64,000 nt of DNA from an uncultured Actinomycetota bacterium (GTDB lineage Bacteria; Actinomycetota; Actinomycetes; Mycobacteriales; Mycobacteriaceae), in contig CAVQRL010000002.1 in NCBI GenBank assembly GCA_963715145.1, positions 143,266-207,265 on the forward strand. The letters run 5' to 3'. Position numbers and translations under genes: made by a program. Below, in pieces: positions 58,753 to 64,000 of the stretch. Positions within the stretch are counted from its first letter, which is position 1, and every line of letters begins with the position of its first letter. Below the pieces are notes generated by a model, which had not been told where the DNA came from, ran no database searches, and saw only the letters and a program-made list of their open reading frames with translations.

Positions 58753-59193
58753 CTAGCCCGCGGTGGCCTGAACGCCCTCGGCACGGACGAGCAGGGCCGC
58801 CGACGGCATCACCTTGCCGGACAGATATGTCGACAGCCGCGAGGGCGATGTGCCGAGCCGTGCGGCGAATTGGGCTGCCGTGAGGCCGGATTCGGCGACC
58901 ATGGCGGTCAGGCGCCGGCTGACCTCTTTCCGTGCGCGGTCCTCGGCCCGCTCTCGCGCACGGTCGATCGCCCGGCGCAGAGTGACGGCCACGCCGCGAT
59001 CCTCGGCAAGCTCAATGGCCGCGCTCAGATCGGATGCCAGCGGGCCCCACGGATCGGCGTTGATCGCTGCAACGATGCGGCGCCAGTCCGGCAGCGATCC
59101 CCGGTCGATCGCTGCCAGCAGGCCTTCCACGCCCCACTGCGCGACGGGCGCTGATGGGTCGATGTCGAGATTGCGGAATCGAAGCGAACTCAT
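58753..59193 (-). CDS. Putative antitoxin: small helical N-domain plus XRE HTH
   Basis: AAIDRGSLPDWRRI N-domain; SGLTAAQFAARLGTSPSRLSTYLSGKVMPS HTH; 4-nt overlap with the NTase gene. Confidence 0.82.
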   Translation of the reverse strand: MSSLRFRNLDIDPSAPVAQWGVEGLLAAIDRGSLPDWRRIVAAINADPWGPLASDLSAAIELAEDRGVAVTLRRAIDRARERAEDRARKEVSRRLTAMVAESGLTAAQFAARLGTSPSRLSTYLSGKVMPSAALLVRAEGVQATAG

Positions 59194-59864
59194 GGCGTCT
59201 CCAGCATGGCGTCGGCGAGCGCTTGGCATTGGGCGACAACGGCCTTCCACGAGTGCCAGCATGACGCCAGGTTCTTGTAGGCCGACAGCTGTTCGGCGGT
59301 CCGGTGATCCTTGGGCCGCGGGTCGCCGAGTTGGCGGACAAGCTGGGAGGCGACGGCGGTCCCGTCTCCGGCGGAGGCGTCGTAGTAGTCATCGATTCCG
59401 GCGAGGACGCCGGCGGACCAATCGGTGCCGAACCGGTCGGACAGCGCCGCCACATCCAGGAAGTCCCGGGTCTGATTGCGCTTAACGATGAGGTAGGCCT
59501 TGATCCGCAGGGTCTCGGTCGGCGTGGGGACGATCAGCGACGTGCCCCCGGGCACCTCAATGGTCTGCGTCTCCAGTGGTCGGCGGCGGATCATCTGGCG
59601 GACGCCCGCCTCGATATCGCCCGGACTGCCGAGAATGATCTTGCCCGGCGTTGCTTGGTTGAGGACCCAGTCCGGGTCGGACTCAAGGGCTTCGAGGACG
59701 GCGTCGAATCGATCAGACAGATCCGCCAGAACATGGTCGTGGTCGGTCGAGTCGCGATGGCCGGCGTAGAACGCCGCAGCGGTTCCCCCGACCAGCACGG
59801 CGTCCGGTACCAGTTCCTGAAGTCGGGCTGCGGAGCGCAGAACCTCATCAGGGCTCACGTACAC
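59190..59864 (-). CDS. AbiEii/DUF1814 (MenT-like) nucleotidyltransferase toxin
   Basis: LVGGTA, HRDSTDHD, K..KRNQTRDFLD Pol-beta NTase motifs. Confidence 0.82.
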   Translation of the reverse strand: MYVSPDEVLRSAARLQELVPDAVLVGGTAAAFYAGHRDSTDHDHVLADLSDRFDAVLEALESDPDWVLNQATPGKIILGSPGDIEAGVRQMIRRRPLETQTIEVPGGTSLIVPTPTETLRIKAYLIVKRNQTRDFLDVAALSDRFGTDWSAGVLAGIDDYYDASAGDGTAVASQLVRQLGDPRPKDHRTAEQLSAYKNLASCWHSWKAVVAQCQALADAMLETP

Positions 59865-59875
59865 CGCCCTCGCGA

Positions 59876-59908
59876 TTATCGGATCTGATAACCAGACATG
59901 AAGTCTGG
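59876..59908. promoter_or_regulatory. Palindromic operator(s) upstream of the NTase gene
   Basis: TTATCGGATCTGATAA near-palindrome and CCAGAC-N5-GTCTGG. Confidence 0.6.
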
Positions 59909-60000
59909 GCGTGGTCCCGTGCCCGCTACCGGGAGTGCTTCGAACAACGTGGCATTTATGTTACGCTTTCGGCATCCGACGGTCGGCGGAGGTGATCCCT

Positions 60001-60338
60001 ATGAACGACGTCTTCAACACGCTGCTCGAAATCGAGGGTCGTGACCCGAATTTCGCCCGTTGTACGCCGCCGAGTCGGCGAGGATCGAGGCGATCGACTC
60101 CGTGATCAACTCCCTCGACGAGGCGCGGGGGACGGCAGGGCTGAGCAAGGCGGCACTGGCGCGCGCGATCGGCTCCGATCCGAGCACCGTGCGGCGACTC
60201 CTGTCGTCCGAATCGGTGAACCCGACTCTGGGCACCATCGCCGAGGTCGCGGCGGCGCTGGGCATGAAGGTGATGCTCGCGCCGATGTCGGCCGAGGAGC
60301 GCGCCCGCATCACCGAACCCATGCGGGCCTGCATCTAG
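60001..60338 (+). CDS. HigA-like XRE HTH antitoxin, apparent frameshift near 60060
   Basis: GGAGGTG SD; MNDVFNTLLEIEGRDPNFAR / YAAESARI..AGLSKAALARAIGSDPSTVRRLLS..NPTLGTIAEVAAALG. Confidence 0.78.
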
Positions 60339-60790
60339 GGCGCTCGCACGGCTGCGCGGACGTCGTCCTCAGTGGTCAGCGACCTCGGGTTGCGTCGGAG
60401 GTATTCATCGCCCAATTCGCGAACTTGGGCGTACCGCCGTTCGGACAGGGTGCTCCGGTACGGCTTTGCTGCGCCGTCAATCACAGTGAGGAGCGGCGTT
60501 TCTCCCGGCCGCGTCGTAGTCCAGCAAGCAAAACAAGCGTTAGTGCCATTTCCCGTTCGGCGTCTTCGAGGTGACGCGCGCCTCGAAGTAGCCCGTCATA
60601 TCTCCGTGCATCGCCTCCCACTGCCCGCCACCGGCGAACCGTTTCGGTGGAGCCTTTGCGACGGCGGCGAGGGTGGCGAGAAGACGTGCCCGAACCTTCG
60701 TAGGAAATGCCAGTAGGGCGTTCAAGCCTGATGAACTCGTGCTGCGTCGTCCTCGCGGTGGCGCTTGAAGAAAGCCACCTCGTGGACGAC
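60335..60790 (-). pseudogene. RelE/HigB (Gp49-like) toxin pseudogene
   Basis: Reconstructed: VHEVAFFKRHREDDA / KVRARLLATLAAVAKAPPKRFAGGGQWEAMHGDMTGYFEARV..WH*RLFCLLD / LLTVIDGAAKPYR..*; start missing, one nonsense codon, two frameshifts. Confidence 0.68.
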
Positions 60791-61287
60791 CAGTTGCATG
60801 CCCTGAACGCCGAGATCCCCACCGAGGGCGGCGAGCCCAGGTTCCCCAAGGAGCCGCGGGCCTACCTGGAGGACTGGGCGGCCACCGGGCCGCCTATCTG
60901 CGGCGGTTCTACCCGCCCGGCGACGACGAGGTGCACTATGAGGTCACCGCGGCGTTCGAGAAGGTCCTACTCCTGGGTGATGACGCTGCAGGGCCGCGCC
61001 TTCGTGGGAACCGAGTCCCGGCTGCACACCGTGGTCGAACTGCTGCGCCAGATCGTGTACGGCACCGAGGAGGAACCGGAGGTCCGGCTGGCGGAGCAAA
61101 GCTGCGACGGCGCCGCGACGAGATCGACGCCGAGATCGCCGCTGTCGAGTCCGGCACCGTCACGGTGCTCGACGCGACCGCGGTTCGCGATCGCTACCAA
61201 CAACTGTCGGCCACGGCGCGTGAACTGCTTCTCGGACTTCCGCGAGGTCGAGGAGAACTTCCACCGCCTGGACCGCGCCGCCCGGGA
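60783..61287 (+). pseudogene. jetA: Internal fragment of Wadjet JetA (DUF3375)
   Basis: RFPKEPRAYLEDWA..YLRRFYPPGDDEVHYE..FVGTESRLHTVVELLRQIV.G..RDEIDAEI..RELLSDFREVEENF.RLDR over several frames. Confidence 0.8.
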
Positions 61288-61726
61288 AGAGATCCTGGCC
61301 GCCGTCGGCTGGACCTCCGGGACCCGGACACCGAGCACCATGCGCGAGGGTGTCGCGTGGTGTCCGGACATCAACACCGACGTCTTGCTGATCACCCTGA
61401 AGAAGACCGACACCGACTACTCGCCGACGACGATGTACCGCGACTTCGCGGTGAGCCCGGAGCTGTTCCACTGGGAGTCGCAGTCGACCACCAACGCCGC
61501 GTCACCGACCGGCCAGCGCTACATCAACCATCGGCGCGCGGGCACCAACGTCCTGCTGTTCGTGCGGGAGACGAAGACCAACGCCCTGGGCGCCTCGCCG
61601 TATGTGTTCCTCGGCCCGGGCGACTACGTCAAGCACGAGGGCAGCCGCCCGATGGCGGTCACCTGGCGGCTGCGCCGGCCGATGCCGATGGAGATCTTCC
61701 TGGCGTCGCGGGCGGCGGTGGCGTAG
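61282..61726 (+). pseudogene. C-terminal fragment of a DUF3427 protein (typically PLD-SF2 helicase-DUF3427)
   Basis: REGVAW..DVLLITLKK..YSPTTMYRDFAVSPELFHWESQSTT..TGQRYINH..VLLFVRE..FLGP..EGSRPMAVTWRL. Confidence 0.8.
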
Positions 61727-61730
61727 CGCT

Positions 61731-61799
61731 GATCATCGGCTCGTGTACCGAGCGGGCGATCAAGAAGTGAAGATCGTGAAAGCGCGTTACCGCCATTGA
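61731..61799 (+). pseudogene. yoeB: C-terminal remnant of a YoeB/Txe (RelK-like) toxin
   Basis: DHRLVYRAGDQEVKIVKARYRH* matches the YoeB C-terminal HRLVY..ARYHY signature. Confidence 0.72.
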
Positions 61800-61907
61800 G
61801 ATCGTCGCCAATACTGTTGCCCGCTTTCAGGCGAATGCGGGGGCGGCGGAACCGTTCGACCTCGTCGCGCAGGGCAAGGTTGACGGCTTCATCGCGCTGG
61901 TGCCACC

Positions 61908-61939
61908 CTGTAGCGCACTGTAGCAATAAAGGCTACGGT
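61908..61939 (+). promoter_or_regulatory. vapBC operator and -10 element (leaderless)
   Basis: CACTGTAGC-N7-GCTACGGTG inverted repeat plus an extra CTGTAGC; TACGGT 6 nt before the ATG. Confidence 0.68.
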
Positions 61940-61945
61940 GGATAT

Positions 61946-62200
61946 ATGGCAAGGACGATCGCGCAGCGCGAACTGCGGAATGACAACGCGAAAGTGATCG
62001 AGGCCGTGACGGCAGGGGAAACCTTCATCGTCACGCGCAATGGGGAGCCGGTCGCCGAACTTCGTCCCATCACCGGGGGCCGGCGAACGTTCGTCCGCCG
62101 CGCGGAGATCGACGAGTTGGCCGCGGTTGGCGTCCGGATCGACCATCGGAGATTCCGCGAGGACCTCGATGCGGCCTTCGACCAGCGAGTCGACCGGTGA
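61946..62200 (+). CDS. vapB: Phd/YefM-family antitoxin VapB
   Basis: TIAQRELRND..VTAGETFIVTRNGEPVAELRP. Confidence 0.9.
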   Translation: MARTIAQRELRNDNAKVIEAVTAGETFIVTRNGEPVAELRPITGGRRTFVRRAEIDELAAVGVRIDHRRFREDLDAAFDQRVDR

Positions 62201-62595
62201 CAGGCTCCGGACTGCTGGACACCTCGGTGGTGATCGACTGGTACGACCCGGTGGTGCGAGCGGCCCTACCGGACGAGGTGGCGATCTCCGCGGTGACAGC
62301 TGCCGAACTGGCCGCCGGACCACTGCTCGCCGCCACGCCGATCGAGGCCGCCAAGCGACAAACCCGGCTGCAAGAGGTCGAGGCGCGCTTCGAACCCATT
62401 CCGTTCGACGCGGCGGCCGCGCGTAGCTACGGCCTTGTTGCCTCCGCCGTGCTCGGACGAGGGCGACACCCCCGCGCCAGATTCGCCGATCTGCTGATCG
62501 CGGCGACCGCCCACGCCCACCGTCTTGAGCTCTACACCCGCAATGCCGCCGACTTCGACGGCCTCGGCGAGTTGGTCCGTGTCGTCGGAGTATGA
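62197..62595 (+). CDS. vapC: PIN-domain toxin VapC
   Basis: LLDTSVVID, TAAEL, ADLLIAATA, LYTRNAADF; 4-nt overlap with vapB. Confidence 0.92.
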   Translation: MTGSGLLDTSVVIDWYDPVVRAALPDEVAISAVTAAELAAGPLLAATPIEAAKRQTRLQEVEARFEPIPFDAAAARSYGLVASAVLGRGRHPRARFADLLIAATAHAHRLELYTRNAADFDGLGELVRVVGV

Positions 62596-62957
62596 CGGAC
62601 GATGGCTGGGTAGCCGTGGCACCGCGTGGGATGCCAGTGAGCCGCTCAACCGGATCCACGCCGGCTCCGGCGGCGGCCCTGAGACCGCCGCCCGCGGGGC
62701 CCTCGTTGCGGCAGGTCCCTACGCCAACGATGTTCAGGTGCGCGGCACATCGTGACCGCGTGAACAGCCCGGGCCGCCGCTGCCGGGAGTATCGCTGACC
62801 GCTCATGTGACTACTGAAGGAGACAATGGCGCTGCGCTGCATGACAATTCGTCGGTAGCACACGTACGTTCCGCACGGGGCGGACGTGGTCAACCAAACT
62901 CCTGCAGACCGAACGTCGGGGCCGTGAGGCGATAGCGAGGACTAGGCGTGTTCTTGA

Positions 62958-64000
<1,043 letters not shown>

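Noticed and set aside
60707-61726. 339-aa ORF as a genuine novel fusion protein
   Set aside because: It drifts in and out of the JetA frame and begins in antisense toxin sequence; better explained as fused relics plus indels

Overview
High-GC mycobacterial (Mycobacterium/Mycolicibacterium) chromosome window. Bases 1-55071 are syntenic with the M. tuberculosis Rv3224-Rv3193c block: SDR, sigH-rshA, bL37, pdtaS, whiB1, entC, gpm2, parA-like, rhlE, moeZ, lipV, adnAB, K+ channel, nudC, mrx1, uvrD2, whiB7, an ABC1 kinase and a UPF0182 protein. Accessory insertions interrupt this block: two USPs; an S53 protease with a zinc-ribbon/PrsW-like membrane protein; an MBL beta-CASP nuclease; a methyltransferase; TetR-mmpS-mmpL-aminotransferase; an inverted-repeat-bounded small ORF; and an amidohydrolase. 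After it come a Tat-lipoprotein carbonic anhydrase, a WXG100 / WXG-alpha/beta-hydrolase / LppA triplet (putative type VII effector-immunity module) and tRNA-fMet. Downstream of the tRNA is a ~4 kb toxin-antitoxin/defence hotspot. It holds an intact nucleotidyltransferase-XRE pair, a convergent HigA/RelE-like pair, deletion-fused relics of Wadjet jetA and a DUF3427 gene, yoeB and vapB remnants, and an intact vapBC. An arylsulfatase runs off the right end. Many conserved genes carry single-base frameshifts, most likely assembly indel errors. All family and orthologue assignments come from motif recognition and recalled gene order, not database searches.
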